A stretch of DNA of 64,000 nucleotides from Bacteroidota bacterium (GTDB lineage: Bacteria > Bacteroidota > Bacteroidia > AKYH767-A > OLB10): the NCBI GenBank assembly GCA_046303115.1, contig JBKCGZ010000100.1, positions 10,928 to 74,927 on the forward strand, given 5' to 3'. Both the position numbers and the translations under genes were made by a program. Positions 1-10,190 of this stretch are shown piece after piece. The notes below the pieces were generated by a model. It saw nothing but the letters and a program-made list of their open reading frames with translations. It did not search any database and was not told the origin of the DNA. Position 1 is the stretch's first letter. Each line of letters starts with the position of its first letter.

Positions 1-954
1 ATCAACGACCATCAGAATACTTAACAATGCGACCATTGTTTTTCCACTACCAACATCACCTTGCAACAAACGATTCATTTGTTTGCCGGTGCCCATATCA
101 ATTCTTATTTCTTTCAAAACACGCTTTTGTGCATCGGTCAATTCAAAAGGAAGATAGTTTTTAAAAAACGTATTAAACACATCACCAATTACAGAAATTA
201 CTTTGCCTTTATACGTTTCATTACGTTGTGCCTTTGCGCGTAACAGTCTTAACTGAACAAAAAATAATTCGTCGAATTTTAATCGTCGTGTTGCTAAGCG
301 CAACGACATTTCATCTTTTGGAAAATGAATGTTGATATATGCATCGCGCAGTGATATCAACGAATGTTGCTGTAAAATATCCGAAGGAAAAACATCTTGT
401 ATAAATGCTGGAAGTGATGCAATTAAATTACGTTGAAGTTTTACAATTGCTTTTGTATCTAATCCAGTAGCTCTTGCTTTTTCTGTTACACTATAAACCC
501 CAGTTAAGGAAGGACCGTTAAACAACTCTGCTTTCGACGACTCTTCTATTTCTGGATGTACAATATTTATCTTACCATTGAACAAAGAAGGCTTTCCAAA
601 AACAATGTATTCAATATTAGGTTTTAGATAATTCTTCAACCATTTTATTCCTTGAAACCAAACTAATTCAATCGAGCCAGTATCATCAGAAAAAATTGCA
701 GAAATACGAGTAGTACGTTTATCACCGTGAGATTGAATTCTCGATAGTTTACCTTTAATTTGAAGATAAGGCATATCAGCATTTAATTCAACTACTTTAT
801 AAAACTTCGAACGATCAATATATCTGAATGGATAATGATGCAGTAAATCTTCGAATGTAAAAATTGAAAATTCTTTTTTCAATACATCACCTCGTTGAGG
901 ACCTACTCCTTTTAAATATTCTATTGGTGTATCAAAAAATTCGCGGCGCTGCAT
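1..954 (-). CDS. recG: ATP-dependent DNA helicase RecG, N-terminal 318 codons (gene continues beyond window start)
   Basis: Absent from the ORF track because it is open at the edge. Minus-strand translation from ATG (954-952) gives MQRREFFDTPIEYLKGVGPQRGDVLKKEF... At the window edge it reads RLLQGDVGSGKTMVALLSILMVVD (helicase motif I). Confidence 0.85.
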   Translation of the reverse strand, partial: MQRREFFDTPIEYLKGVGPQRGDVLKKEFSIFTFEDLLHHYPFRYIDRSKFYKVVELNADMPYLQIKGKLSRIQSHGDKRTTRISAIFSDDTGSIELVWFQGIKWLKNYLKPNIEYIVFGKPSLFNGKINIVHPEIEESSKAELFNGPSLTGVYSVTEKARATGLDTKAIVKLQRNLIASLPAFIQDVFPSDILQQHSLISLRDAYINIHFPKDEMSLRLATRRLKFDELFFVQLRLLRAKAQRNETYKGKVISVIGDVFNTFFKNYLPFELTDAQKRVLKEIRIDMGTGKQMNRLLQGDVGSGKTMVALLSILMVVD

Positions 955-986
955 TAAACAAAATTATAAATTTCGATGAACTACAT

Positions 987-1017
987 AAAAAAATCCCGAC
1001 TCATTGAGCCGGGATTT
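987..1017 (-). terminator. Rho-independent terminator downstream of csp
   Basis: Hairpin AAATCCCG-N11-CGGGATTT (991-1017). On the minus strand it runs into a T-tract (A-run 987-993 on plus). It lies ~27 nt after the csp stop. Confidence 0.6.
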
Positions 1018-1044
1018 GTTTCTTGAAAATACAATAGTATATAA

Positions 1045-1239
1045 TTATTGCACTTTTTTCACTGATACAGCGTTCAAACCTTTACGTCCTTCAATCACTT
1101 CGTAAGAAACAACATCGTTCTCGCGAACTTTGTCAATCAATCCACTGTGGTGAATAAAGATTTCTCTGTTTGTTTCGTCTTCGATAATAAAGCCATAGCC
1201 TTTTGCTTCATTGAAGAATTTTACTTTGCCTGTTTTCAT
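1045..1239 (-). CDS. Cold-shock protein (CspA family, single CSD)
   Basis: 64 aa. MKTGKVKFFNEAKGYGFI...IFIHHSG contains the RNP1/RNP2-like motifs (KGYGFI, FIHHS) typical of cold-shock domains. Confidence 0.93.
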   Translation of the reverse strand: MKTGKVKFFNEAKGYGFIIEDETNREIFIHHSGLIDKVRENDVVSYEVIEGRKGLNAVSVKKVQ

Positions 1240-1271
1240 TTAATAGTAATTAATAAATTGTTGAATAAACA

Positions 1272-1279
1272 CAAATGTA
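1272..1279 (-). promoter_or_regulatory. Candidate Bacteroidota -7 promoter element (TACATTTG) for csp
   Basis: The minus strand reads TACATTTG, matching the TAnnTTTG consensus, ~33 nt upstream of the csp ATG. No clean -33 TTTG was found. Confidence 0.35.
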
Positions 1280-1382
1280 ACGAAAAACAATTAAAAACCT
1301 AAAAATCAAGTCAACTTATTGTAATTTATTGGGCCTTAATTCTATCGTAATTTAGTTATCATTCCCTACATTCGCTTAAATT

Positions 1383-3017
1383 ATGAATACAACAGAAAAT
1401 TTCAGTGGCCATATTATAGACCTTTATAATCGCAGGATTTTTAAAGGGACAATTGTAGTAAGCAACGGAACCATCCAGGAAATCAGAGAAGAAGATACAG
1501 AATCAGAAAAATATTTTTTACCCGGATTTATTGATGCTCACATCCATATTGAATCATCGATGCTAGTGCCTTATGAATTTGCTCGCGTAGCATTGAAGCA
1601 TGGCACTGTGGCAACAATCAGCGATCCGCATGAAATCGCTAATGTTTTAGGAATTAGTGGTGTTCAGTACATGATAGACAATGCGAGAAATGCCAAATTG
1701 AAATTTCATTTTGGTGCTCCCTCTTGCGTACCTGCAACCAACTTTGAAACGGCAGGAGCAGTTATTGATTCACATGGTGTTGAACAATTACTTCAAATGG
1801 ATGATATTTTTTATTTATCAGAAATGATGAACTATCCAGGGGTGTTATTTGATAATGAAGAGGTGATGCAAAAAATAGCATTGGCAAAAAAATATAACAA
1901 GCCAATTGATGGTCACGCACCAGGTTTAAGAGGAGAGCAAGCACGCAAATATATTTCTGCCGGAATCACAACAGATCATGAATGTTTTACTTATGAGGAG
2001 GCCTTAGAAAAAATTGAACTCGGAATGAAAATATTAATTCGTGAAGGATCTGCTGCAAGAAACTATGATGCATTACATCGATTGATTGGAGAACATCCTG
2101 ATAAATTAATGTTTTGTTGTGACGATAAACATCCAGATGAATTATTACTTTTTCACATTGATGAGCATGTTCGTAAATCCGTAGCGTTAGGATACAATCT
2201 TTTTGATGTTCTTTCAATAGCTTGCCTGAATCCAGTGAAACATTATAATATGAATGTTGGAACATTACGCGCAGGTGATAAAGCTGATTTTATTTCTATC
2301 AATAATTTACAAGAATTTAAAGTGCTAAAAACAATTATTGATGGGGAAGAAGTATTTGATGGAAACAAGGTAAATCTTGATCAAATTAAACACACAACAC
2401 CAAATCAATTCATCAAAAACAAAATCGCGTCAGATGCTTTTAAAATCAAAGCGGAAGGAGTATTTATTAATGTCATAAATGCTTTAGACGGCCAATTAAT
2501 CACAAAAGCAACCAACGAAAAAGCAACCATTATAAATGGCTATTTAGAAAGCAATATTGAAAATGATGTTTTAAAAATAGCTGTTGTTAATCGTTATTCC
2601 AATGCGCCGGTTTCATGTGCGTTTATCAAATATTTCGGTCTAAAAGAAGGAGCAATTGCATCGAGTGTCGCACACGATTCTCACAACATTATCGTTATAG
2701 GAGTTGATGATGAATCAATTTGCAGAGCGACTAATTTGATTATTGAATGCGGTGGTGGACTAAGCTTAGTAAGTCGAGATTCAGAGATGGTAATTGGGTT
2801 ACCAGTAGCAGGATTAATGAGTGATGCTGATGCCACTACCATTGGAAAACAATATTCAGAAATTGATGCGGCTGCAAAAAAACTAGGAAGCACCTTAAAA
2901 GCTCCTTACATGCTTTTATCGTTTATGGCCTTGTTAGTAATTCCTGAATTGAAACTAAGTGATAAAGGACTTTTTGACGGCGGAAGTTTTAAATTTACTC
3001 CACTTCAAATCAATTAA
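1383..3017 (+). CDS. ade: Adenine deaminase (amidohydrolase superfamily)
   Basis: 544 aa. It has the N-terminal metal-binding motif [14 protein letters not shown], and the length and overall pattern are typical of Ade. Confidence 0.85.
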   Translation: MNTTENFSGHIIDLYNRRIFKGTIVVSNGTIQEIREEDTESEKYFLPGFIDAHIHIESSMLVPYEFARVALKHGTVATISDPHEIANVLGISGVQYMIDNARNAKLKFHFGAPSCVPATNFETAGAVIDSHGVEQLLQMDDIFYLSEMMNYPGVLFDNEEVMQKIALAKKYNKPIDGHAPGLRGEQARKYISAGITTDHECFTYEEALEKIELGMKILIREGSAARNYDALHRLIGEHPDKLMFCCDDKHPDELLLFHIDEHVRKSVALGYNLFDVLSIACLNPVKHYNMNVGTLRAGDKADFISINNLQEFKVLKTIIDGEEVFDGNKVNLDQIKHTTPNQFIKNKIASDAFKIKAEGVFINVINALDGQLITKATNEKATIINGYLESNIENDVLKIAVVNRYSNAPVSCAFIKYFGLKEGAIASSVAHDSHNIIVIGVDDESICRATNLIIECGGGLSLVSRDSEMVIGLPVAGLMSDADATTIGKQYSEIDAAAKKLGSTLKAPYMLLSFMALLVIPELKLSDKGLFDGGSFKFTPLQIN

Positions 3018-3023
3018 TGAGCA

Positions 3024-3158
3024 ATGAAAAAAAAATCGATACTCCTACTTTTTGTGGTATTCCTTCTTTCCCTCTCGAGTTGCAAATTATTTAAGAAGAA
3101 TTGTCACTGCCCGAGTTTTGGAAAAGTACCGCCTGCGGAGCAGAAAAAAACCTATTGA
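3024..3158 (+). CDS. Small putative lipoprotein (44 aa), not in ORF track
   Basis: ATG at 3024, TGA ending at 3158. Sequence MKKKSILLLFVVFLLSLSSCKLFKKNCHCPSFGKVPPAEQKKTY, a signal peptide with an LSSC lipobox. Confidence 0.45.
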   Translation: MKKKSILLLFVVFLLSLSSCKLFKKNCHCPSFGKVPPAEQKKTY

Positions 3159-3265
3159 GTAAAATCATATTGATGTAACCTGCTGAAATAAAGCTATATC
3201 AAAAAAAGTTGTTGGCTTTACTTGTTTCATTGTTATTGTAAATAGTATCTTAGCAATCTCGTAGA

Positions 3266-3523
3266 ATGATTCTAAATAAGGAAATGGCCACCACATCAAA
3301 AAAACTATCTCAGCTTAGGAAAGGAGATAAATGCATTGTAGATTCCTACAAGGATGACAGCATGCAACAAAAGATGCTGGATATGGGCTGTTTACCGGGC
3401 GAAATCATTACAATCGATCGTTTTGCACCATTAGGATGTCCGATTGCTATTAGTGTTGCAGGAACTATGTTATGCATCCGCAAAGATGAAGCTGATAATA
3501 TTTTTGTGAAACTAGTTGATTAA
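3266..3523 (+). CDS. feoA: Ferrous iron transport protein FeoA
   Basis: Small SH3-like protein (LRKGDKCIVDSY...GCLPGEIITI...) directly upstream of feoB. The true start may be the internal Met at 3284 (MATTSKKL). Confidence 0.85.
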   Translation: MILNKEMATTSKKLSQLRKGDKCIVDSYKDDSMQQKMLDMGCLPGEIITIDRFAPLGCPIAISVAGTMLCIRKDEADNIFVKLVD

Positions 3524-3542
3524 TTTTTTTGGGGATTAGGGT

Positions 3543-5666
3543 GTGCAGAAGTCAAATAAAAAAATCAAAGTTGCTTTAATCGGCAATCCGAATGTCGGAA
3601 AAAGTTCACTCTTCAATTTACTTACAGGACTTCATCAAAAGATTGCCAATTTCCCGGGAGTAACAGTAGAAAAGAAAACAGGCTCTGCTACTATTTTTAA
3701 TTCAACAACTGGAGAGGCTAATAATTTAGAAATTGTCGATTTACCAGGAACCTATAGTTTGTATCCTACTTCCCCCGATGAAAGAATTCCCTTTGAAGTT
3801 TTATGTGATCCAAATAATGAAGATCATCCTGATGCAGTTATCATTTTAGCTGATGGCACTAATTTAAAACGAAGTTTATTTCTTGCATCCCAAGTAATCG
3901 ATTTAAAGATTCCGACGGTGCTTGCTTTAAACATGATGGATTTAGTACAATCGCAAGGAATAAAAATAAAACCAGACGAGTTAGAGAGAAGATTAGGCAT
4001 TCGCGTTTGTCCGATAATAGCACGCAAAGGTGTTGGTATTGAAGAATTGAAACAAGCATTGATAAACGACATTCCTGTTCCAACGGTGGACGTTTATGAT
4101 ACCACTTTTATTAAGCCATCCATCTTAAGTGGAATACGTAAAGAACTAAACTTAAAAAGCAATTATGCTGCTTTGCAGATTGCGAACCATATTAACTCAC
4201 TTGATCACTTTAATTTAACTAAAGAGCAAATAAAAAAACTGCAAAATCATTTTGAAGGGGTAGATTATGATGCGAATAAAATTCAGTCTTTTGAATCTTT
4301 AGAACGATATAAATCTATTCAACAAATTATTGATAGCTGCTTTAGCGTTTCAGACGAAAAAAAAGTATCATTCAGCACTCGTTTAGATAGATTATTAGTA
4401 CATCGAATCTGGGGTTATGTAATATTCCTTTGCATTTTATTTATCATTTTCCAATCGATATTTTCAATTGCAGAATTCCCGATGAACTTTATTGATGAGA
4501 CATTTACAGGCTTCATTGATTTAGTAAGTAATTTACTTCCTAAAGGAGTATTAAACGATTTGATAGTAAATGGTGTACTAGCGGGTATTGGAGGTATTAT
4601 CATTTTTGTCCCTCAAATTGCGATGCTGTTTATGTTTATTGCCATTCTTGAAGACACCGGGTATATGGCACGCGTTAGTTTTTTAATGGATAAGCTGATG
4701 CGCAATTTTGGATTAAACGGAAGATCTGTTATTCCTTTAATGAGTGGTGTTGCGTGTGCAGTTCCTGCGATTATGTCGACACGAACAATTAGTTCATGGA
4801 AGGAACGAATGGTGACTATATTGGTTACTCCGTTGATGAGTTGCTCAGCTCGATTACCTGTTTATACATTACTTATTTCTTTAATTATTCCATCGACATA
4901 CGTTGGTGTATTTAACATGCAGGGATTAGTATTAATGTCGCTATACCTAATCGGCTTCATTGCTGCTTTAGTAGCATCAGTTGTAATTAGCGGTTTAATA
5001 AAATCAAAACAAAAAAGCTATTTCATTATGGAAATACCTGTTTATCGTATGCCTCGATGGACAAACATTGGTTATTCTATTCTTGAAAAAGTAAAAATAT
5101 TTTTAATTGATGCTGGAAAAATCATCATTGCAATTAGTATAGTCTTATGGTTTTTATCATCACGCGGACCTGGCGATAAGTTTGAAAAAGTAAATCAGGA
5201 AATCGAACAGATGACTGATAATACAGAGAATTCTGAGAAGAAGCTTGCGTTAGAATCACAGCGATTAGAATATTCGTACGCAGGACAATTAGGTCATTTA
5301 CTCGAGCCTGTAATTAAGCCTTTAGGTTTCGATTGGAAGATCGGAATTGCACTCGTAACATCGTTTGCAGCAAGAGAAGTTTTTGTTGGGACTATGACAA
5401 CAATTTATAGTGTTGGCAACGACGAAAACTTAACGGTGAAAGAAAAGATGCGAATGGAAAAAGATGTAGTAACAGGACAACCTCGTTACTCCGTAGCCGT
5501 TGGATGGTCGTTGATGTTGTTTTATGCATTTGCTATGCAATGTATGAGTACACTTGCGGTTGTTAAACGTGAGACAGGAAGTTGGAAATGGCCGGTTATT
5601 CAGTTTGTGTATTTATCTGCTTTAGCTTATTTTACCTCATTAATTGTCTATCAAATTTTAAAATAA
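3543..5666 (+). CDS. feoB: Ferrous iron transporter FeoB (GTPase + permease)
   Basis: 707 aa with a GTG start. It has an N-terminal G-domain (GNPNVGKSSLFN, DLPGTYSL, NMMD) followed by a polytopic membrane domain. Confidence 0.95.
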   Translation: MQKSNKKIKVALIGNPNVGKSSLFNLLTGLHQKIANFPGVTVEKKTGSATIFNSTTGEANNLEIVDLPGTYSLYPTSPDERIPFEVLCDPNNEDHPDAVIILADGTNLKRSLFLASQVIDLKIPTVLALNMMDLVQSQGIKIKPDELERRLGIRVCPIIARKGVGIEELKQALINDIPVPTVDVYDTTFIKPSILSGIRKELNLKSNYAALQIANHINSLDHFNLTKEQIKKLQNHFEGVDYDANKIQSFESLERYKSIQQIIDSCFSVSDEKKVSFSTRLDRLLVHRIWGYVIFLCILFIIFQSIFSIAEFPMNFIDETFTGFIDLVSNLLPKGVLNDLIVNGVLAGIGGIIIFVPQIAMLFMFIAILEDTGYMARVSFLMDKLMRNFGLNGRSVIPLMSGVACAVPAIMSTRTISSWKERMVTILVTPLMSCSARLPVYTLLISLIIPSTYVGVFNMQGLVLMSLYLIGFIAALVASVVISGLIKSKQKSYFIMEIPVYRMPRWTNIGYSILEKVKIFLIDAGKIIIAISIVLWFLSSRGPGDKFEKVNQEIEQMTDNTENSEKKLALESQRLEYSYAGQLGHLLEPVIKPLGFDWKIGIALVTSFAAREVFVGTMTTIYSVGNDENLTVKEKMRMEKDVVTGQPRYSVAVGWSLMLFYAFAMQCMSTLAVVKRETGSWKWPVIQFVYLSALAYFTSLIVYQILK

Positions 5667-6286
5667 TGGTTACCGAAGATCAACTTCGAATAGCTTTATT
5701 AAAATATGTTCCTGAAAATGCAGTTGCCACTTGCGTTGAATGGATAAGGAGATACCGAATCAGTGTTCGCATTAAGCATACGCGAGCGACAAAAAATGGT
5801 GATTATCGTCCGCCTTACAATGGAGCAAATCATACCATCACCATCAATCACGATTTAAACCCTTATGCTTTCTTAATCACTTTTACACACGAAGTAGCGC
5901 ACCTCATTTGCTTTCTTAAACATAGTAATCGTGTAATGCCACATGGACAGGAATGGAAAGAAGAATTCAGGCAATTGCTCATTCCTTTTTTACGAGATGA
6001 AATTTTTCCGCACACAGTAAGAGAAGCGTTAATTGGATACATTAAAAATCCTGCGGCATCGAGTTGTAGTGATGTTACCTTAATGAAATCGTTAAAAGCA
6101 TTTGATAATAGAAGTGATGGATGGATTCATGTTGAAGACATACCACTAAATTCAAAGTTTGAAATTAAAAACGGACAGCAATTTATTAGAGGAGAATTAC
6201 GAAGAAAAAATTATAACTGCACTGACGCTAAAACGGGATTGTTATATTTTGTCCCGCCTCATATGGATGCTAAAATTATTGACTAG
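5666..6286 (+). CDS. SprT-like zinc metalloprotease domain protein
   Basis: Contains an HEVAHL (HExxH) motif. I place the start at ATG 5666, overlapping the feoB TAA as TAATG, rather than at the track's 5582, which lies inside feoB. Confidence 0.6.
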   Translation: MVTEDQLRIALLKYVPENAVATCVEWIRRYRISVRIKHTRATKNGDYRPPYNGANHTITINHDLNPYAFLITFTHEVAHLICFLKHSNRVMPHGQEWKEEFRQLLIPFLRDEIFPHTVREALIGYIKNPAASSCSDVTLMKSLKAFDNRSDGWIHVEDIPLNSKFEIKNGQQFIRGELRRKNYNCTDAKTGLLYFVPPHMDAKIID

Positions 6287-7185
6287 CTAAATGGCAACTC
6301 CGGCATTCCTTTATACTTATCATAAAGTAAATGCACGATACCATCCGACAAACCTACTTGCGGAACAAACACCTGATCAATTTCTGCAGTTTTAAGAGCA
6401 GTAAGTAAAACTTTGGTTGCAGGGATAATTACATCGGCTCTATCTGGATTTAATCCAAGCTTAAGTATTCTTTCTTCGAGCGAATATTCTTTTAAAAAAT
6501 CATAAATCTCTTTAATTCGCTCTGTTGCTAATGGCTTATGCTCTTTGCGATCAGCCATTTTAAAAAGCTTATTGATATTACCACCAGAACCAATGGCTGT
6601 TAATGGATGATAGGCAGAAGTATTGTTACGAATCCAATCTTTAAAAATACTCCAGGTCTCCTTTTTAACCTGATCATGTAATAATCGAATAGTACCAATA
6701 TTAAATGACTGTGCAGCAATAATTTTATTTTTTGAAAAAAGGGTTAACTCCGTACTACCCCCTCCAACATCAATGTATAAATACGACTGATCATATTCAA
6801 GATGTTCAGCAATATGATTGGAATAAATAATATGTGCTTCTGTTTTGCCGTCAATCACATCGATACTAACATCGCTGTATTTACGAACAAAATCAACTAT
6901 GTCCTGACTATTACTGGCATCACGCATAGCAGATGTAGCACAGGCACGATAATCAATAGCTCCAAAAACATCAATAAGAATTTTGAATGCTCTCATCGAT
7001 TTAGCTAAAAGCATTTTCTTTTCTTCTGATATTCTACCATAACGAAAAACATCTTCGCCTAAGCGAATAGGCATACGCACTAACTCTGCTTTTTTAAAAA
7101 CAGGTTCATCACCTTCTTCAAACACATTACACAACAATAATCGAACGGCATTCGAACCAATATCGATAGCAGCAAATTTTAACAT
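6283..7185 (-). CDS. ppx: Exopolyphosphatase (Ppx/GppA family)
   Basis: 300 aa with an ASKHA-fold N-terminus (AAIDIGSNAVRLL, DVGGGSTEL). It lies immediately downstream of ppk1. Confidence 0.88.
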   Translation of the reverse strand: MLKFAAIDIGSNAVRLLLCNVFEEGDEPVFKKAELVRMPIRLGEDVFRYGRISEEKKMLLAKSMRAFKILIDVFGAIDYRACATSAMRDASNSQDIVDFVRKYSDVSIDVIDGKTEAHIIYSNHIAEHLEYDQSYLYIDVGGGSTELTLFSKNKIIAAQSFNIGTIRLLHDQVKKETWSIFKDWIRNNTSAYHPLTAIGSGGNINKLFKMADRKEHKPLATERIKEIYDFLKEYSLEERILKLGLNPDRADVIIPATKVLLTALKTAEIDQVFVPQVGLSDGIVHLLYDKYKGMPELPFS

Positions 7186-7221
7186 TGTACCAAGGTAAAT
7201 AAAAGCTTTTAAAAATTAAAT

Positions 7222-9270
7222 CTAAGCGTTATTTTTTTCGATGTATTTGTAAATTTCATCCTGTGATTTAAATTTACTTTTAACTTTTGAAAAATGATAC
7301 GGGTTGTTTTGAAAGACATTGATACTTCTTGCTTTCGTATTATCATTCCACTGGATTTCGAGCATATCAATCAATTGTTTTTTTAGCGACTCATCGTACA
7401 CAGGCACTCCTACTTCGCTACGATGATCTAGATTACGAGTCATCCAATCGGCTGAAGACAAATAAACCTTAGGAGCACCATTATTTGAGAATACAAAAAC
7501 CCTTGCATGCTCAAGGTATTTATCTACGATGCTGATGGCTTCAATATTTTCACTTAACGAGTTGATACCAGGAACAAGAGAACAAATACTTCTTATAATC
7601 AATCTTATTTTAACGCCAGCCGCAGAAGCCTCGTAAAGCTTCTTTATCATTTCCGGATCTGTTAAGCTATTCATCTTTAAAAACAACCAAGCATCATGTC
7701 CTTGTCTTGCATTTTCAATTTCCGCATTGATTAATTGTAAGTATTTTTTTCGAGTAGAAAATGGAGAAACAACTAAGTGTTTATAAGTTCCTATTTTTAA
7801 GTTGTCATTATAAAAATTAAATACCTTTTGAACCTCTTCTGTGATTCTTTTATCAGCAGTTAACAAGCTATAATCAGCGTATAGCTTAGCTGTATCTTCA
7901 TTAAAATTACCAGTTCCGATATGAGCGTAATTTAAAAGTTTGTTTTGTTCTTGTCGGGAAATTAAAAACAACTTACTGTGTAACTTTATTCCAGGTACTC
8001 CATAAATCACTTTAACCCCTTCATCATTTAATTTATTTGCCCATCGAATATTAGCTTCCTCATCAAAGCGCGCTTGTAATTCAACAATAGCCGTTACTTT
8101 TTTTCCGTTTTTGATAGCATTAATCAGTGAATTAATTATTCGTGAATTATTAGCCAATCTGTATAGCGTAATACTTATCGAAACTACTTTAGGATCGATA
8201 GATGCTTCGCGAAGCAAATTAATTACATGCGTATACGATTGATAAGGAAATGAAAGTAAAACATCCTGCTTTGCAATTATTTTAAACATACTTGTTCTTG
8301 CAGGAATTTCTTTATGAGGAAGCACTGGCAAGTTTTTTTGTTTAAGCTCTAATCTGTTTAGAGAAGGAAAGCGAATAAAATCAACGAAATTGTGATAACG
8401 CCCACCAGCAATTGGCTGGTCTTCTTTATTTAATTGAATCTTTTTTAGCAAAAACTTCAAAGCCTCTGCAGGCATTGCTTCATCGTATACTAAGCGTGTT
8501 GGTTGTCCTTTACGACGGTTCTTAATACTCTCTGAAACTTTTTTTACGATACTCTTTGTAACATCTTGTTCTAAGTCGAGTTCAGCATCACGCGTTATCT
8601 TAATTGTGAATGCTCGTATCGCATCATAATCAAAATTAAAAAACAAATCATCTAAGCAATATCTGATTACATCATCGAGCAAAATAATGTATTTACTTTC
8701 CTTCGGGATAACTACAAATCGTGAAATAACATCAGAAGGAATTTCTAATAATGCAAACTTTGTTTTTGATCCTGCTTTCTGCATCATAATTAAAAAATAG
8801 ATGCTCCTGTCTTTCATTGCAGGAAACTCATTTAAATTATCGAGTAAGATTGGAACGAGCGCAGGTTGCACATGCTCATAAAAATAATCACGCACAAAAG
8901 CGCCTTGATCTTTGGTTAGCTGATTTTCGTTTAATAAAAAGATTCCTTTTCTTTCCAGCTCACTTAGGATTCTTTGAAAGCTATCGTCGAATTCTTCTTG
9001 TTGCCTTACAATAATATTTTGAATACTATCCAGCAACTGAATCGGATTTTCTCCCAACAACTCTTCGCCTTTTTTTCCGAGGCGAACCATGCGTTTAATA
9101 GAAGCAACACGTACACGAAAAAACTCATCGCGATTACTCGAAACAATACCCAAAAACTTGAGTCGCTCCATTAATGGAACACTCGGGTCATTTGCTTCTT
9201 GTAAAACTCTATCGTTAAAAGAAAGCCAACTTATATCGCGGTTAACGATAAGCAATTCATCTTGCTTCAT
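7222..9270 (-). CDS. ppk1: Polyphosphate kinase 1
   Basis: 682 aa. N-terminal NRDISWLSFNDRVLQEA, PLD-like HSKxxL motif (KLHSKLFLI). Length is typical of PPK1. Confidence 0.95.
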   Translation of the reverse strand: MKQDELLIVNRDISWLSFNDRVLQEANDPSVPLMERLKFLGIVSSNRDEFFRVRVASIKRMVRLGKKGEELLGENPIQLLDSIQNIIVRQQEEFDDSFQRILSELERKGIFLLNENQLTKDQGAFVRDYFYEHVQPALVPILLDNLNEFPAMKDRSIYFLIMMQKAGSKTKFALLEIPSDVISRFVVIPKESKYIILLDDVIRYCLDDLFFNFDYDAIRAFTIKITRDAELDLEQDVTKSIVKKVSESIKNRRKGQPTRLVYDEAMPAEALKFLLKKIQLNKEDQPIAGGRYHNFVDFIRFPSLNRLELKQKNLPVLPHKEIPARTSMFKIIAKQDVLLSFPYQSYTHVINLLREASIDPKVVSISITLYRLANNSRIINSLINAIKNGKKVTAIVELQARFDEEANIRWANKLNDEGVKVIYGVPGIKLHSKLFLISRQEQNKLLNYAHIGTGNFNEDTAKLYADYSLLTADKRITEEVQKVFNFYNDNLKIGTYKHLVVSPFSTRKKYLQLINAEIENARQGHDAWLFLKMNSLTDPEMIKKLYEASAAGVKIRLIIRSICSLVPGINSLSENIEAISIVDKYLEHARVFVFSNNGAPKVYLSSADWMTRNLDHRSEVGVPVYDESLKKQLIDMLEIQWNDNTKARSINVFQNNPYHFSKVKSKFKSQDEIYKYIEKNNA

Positions 9271-9276
9271 AAAAAA

Positions 9277-9561
9277 TTATTTGGCTGATTTACGAACCGA
9301 CTTTTTTCGTTTGATTGTTTTAGCGATTGTTTTCTTTTTTGCAGCAGGTGTTTTCACTTCCGATTTTTTCTCTTTTTTAACCGGAGCTTTTGTTTTTTCC
9401 GCCTTGCTTATCTCTTTGACAAACTTTTTAGAAATTTCTTTGGCAGTTGACTTAATGACCTTAGCCATTCCCTGTGCCGCAACGGGATGTTGTTTCTTTA
9501 AAAAATAAGCAATTGTAATAGATAGTTGTTGCTCAATTTCTTTTCGTTGTTTCTTTTGCAT
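9277..9561 (-). CDS. Lysine-rich basic protein with histone H1-like tail
   Basis: Start placed at the internal Met (MQKKQRKEIEQQL...). The C-terminal half is KAEKTKAPVKKEKKSEVKTPAAKKKTIAKTIKRKKSVRKSAK. No family assignment is possible by eye. Confidence 0.45.
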   Translation of the reverse strand: MQKKQRKEIEQQLSITIAYFLKKQHPVAAQGMAKVIKSTAKEISKKFVKEISKAEKTKAPVKKEKKSEVKTPAAKKKTIAKTIKRKKSVRKSAK

Positions 9562-9689
9562 TTGCGTTAGAATATGATTCAATGCAAATATTTTAAAAGA
9601 AAACTTGATTTCTTCAACGATTATCAAATCATAACGTTAACATAAATTTCTCTTACAGATTTTATAACGTTAATTTAATATCATAAAGA

Positions 9690-10190
9690 TTAATCAATGG
9701 CTTTATGACAACAAAAAGTATTTGTTAACTTTCCTGAATGTAAATTAATCTGATTCCAATTCAAATTTTCAAATTCGATAACTGCTACTGCTGAAGTTGG
9801 CAGATGACGAAATTCCTGGTTGGTGAGTTTACTAATGATAGAAGTAAAAGCAGGATTATGTCCGAATAAAAAAACAGTGTTGGCGTTATCAGGCAACTCA
9901 TTGATCACATACATTAAAACATTATCGGATGCCTCATAGATAGCGTCTTTTATTTGAACTTTTTCCAGATCAAAAGCAAAATGATGAGCAACAATTACAC
10001 AAGTTGAAAATGCTCTGATAGCAGGACTAGTTACAAAAGCATCTGGAAAAATATTATTTTGTTTTAGCCACAATGCTGTTTGAGCTACATTATGATATCC
10101 GCGAGCTGCGAGATGACGTTCGATATCATTCGCAACATAATCATCATACAATGATTTACCATGACGAATTAAAACCAAACGCTTGCGCAT
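9690..10190 (-). CDS. Histidine phosphatase family protein (SixA-like)
   Basis: 166 aa with an N-terminal LIRHGKS (RHG catalytic motif) and a later GHNP motif. Size fits the SixA branch. Confidence 0.75.
   Translation of the reverse strand: MRKRLVLIRHGKSLYDDYVANDIERHLAARGYHNVAQTALWLKQNNIFPDAFVTSPAIRAFSTCVIVAHHFAFDLEKVQIKDAIYEASDNVLMYVINELPDNANTVFLFGHNPAFTSIISKLTNQEFRHLPTSAVAVIEFENLNWNQINLHSGKLTNTFCCHKAID

Noticed and set aside
1240-1382. Purine riboswitch upstream of adenine deaminase
   Set aside because: The 143-nt region is almost pure A/T. It lacks the conserved purine-riboswitch junction and loop sequences and the three-stem architecture. It more likely holds the divergent csp and ade promoters.
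3159-3265. Fur box upstream of feoA (around CATTGTTATTGTAAATAGTATC, ~3219-3240)
   Set aside because: Only a loose resemblance to the GATAATGATAATCATTATC consensus and poor dyad symmetry when compared with its reverse complement. In an AT-rich genome this cannot be distinguished from background by eye.
5582-5665. Track start at 5582 for the SprT-like ORF (28 extra N-terminal codons)
   Set aside because: The extension lies entirely inside the feoB coding region in another frame and begins at a non-ATG codon. An ATG at 5666 overlapping the feoB stop (TAATG) gives a sensible start, MVTEDQL.
9089-9508. 139-aa plus-strand ORF overlapping ppk1 and the Lys-rich gene, plus similar antisense ORFs (61-243, 1762-2265, 8817-9174, 16947-17330, 21600-22019, 22290-22763, 26800-27189, 45005-45558, 50921-51313, 61558-61833 and others)
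   Set aside because: All lie antisense or out of frame within strongly supported genes. They have low-complexity or codon-shadow compositions and no recognisable motifs. They are treated as spurious ORFs typical of AT-rich sequence.
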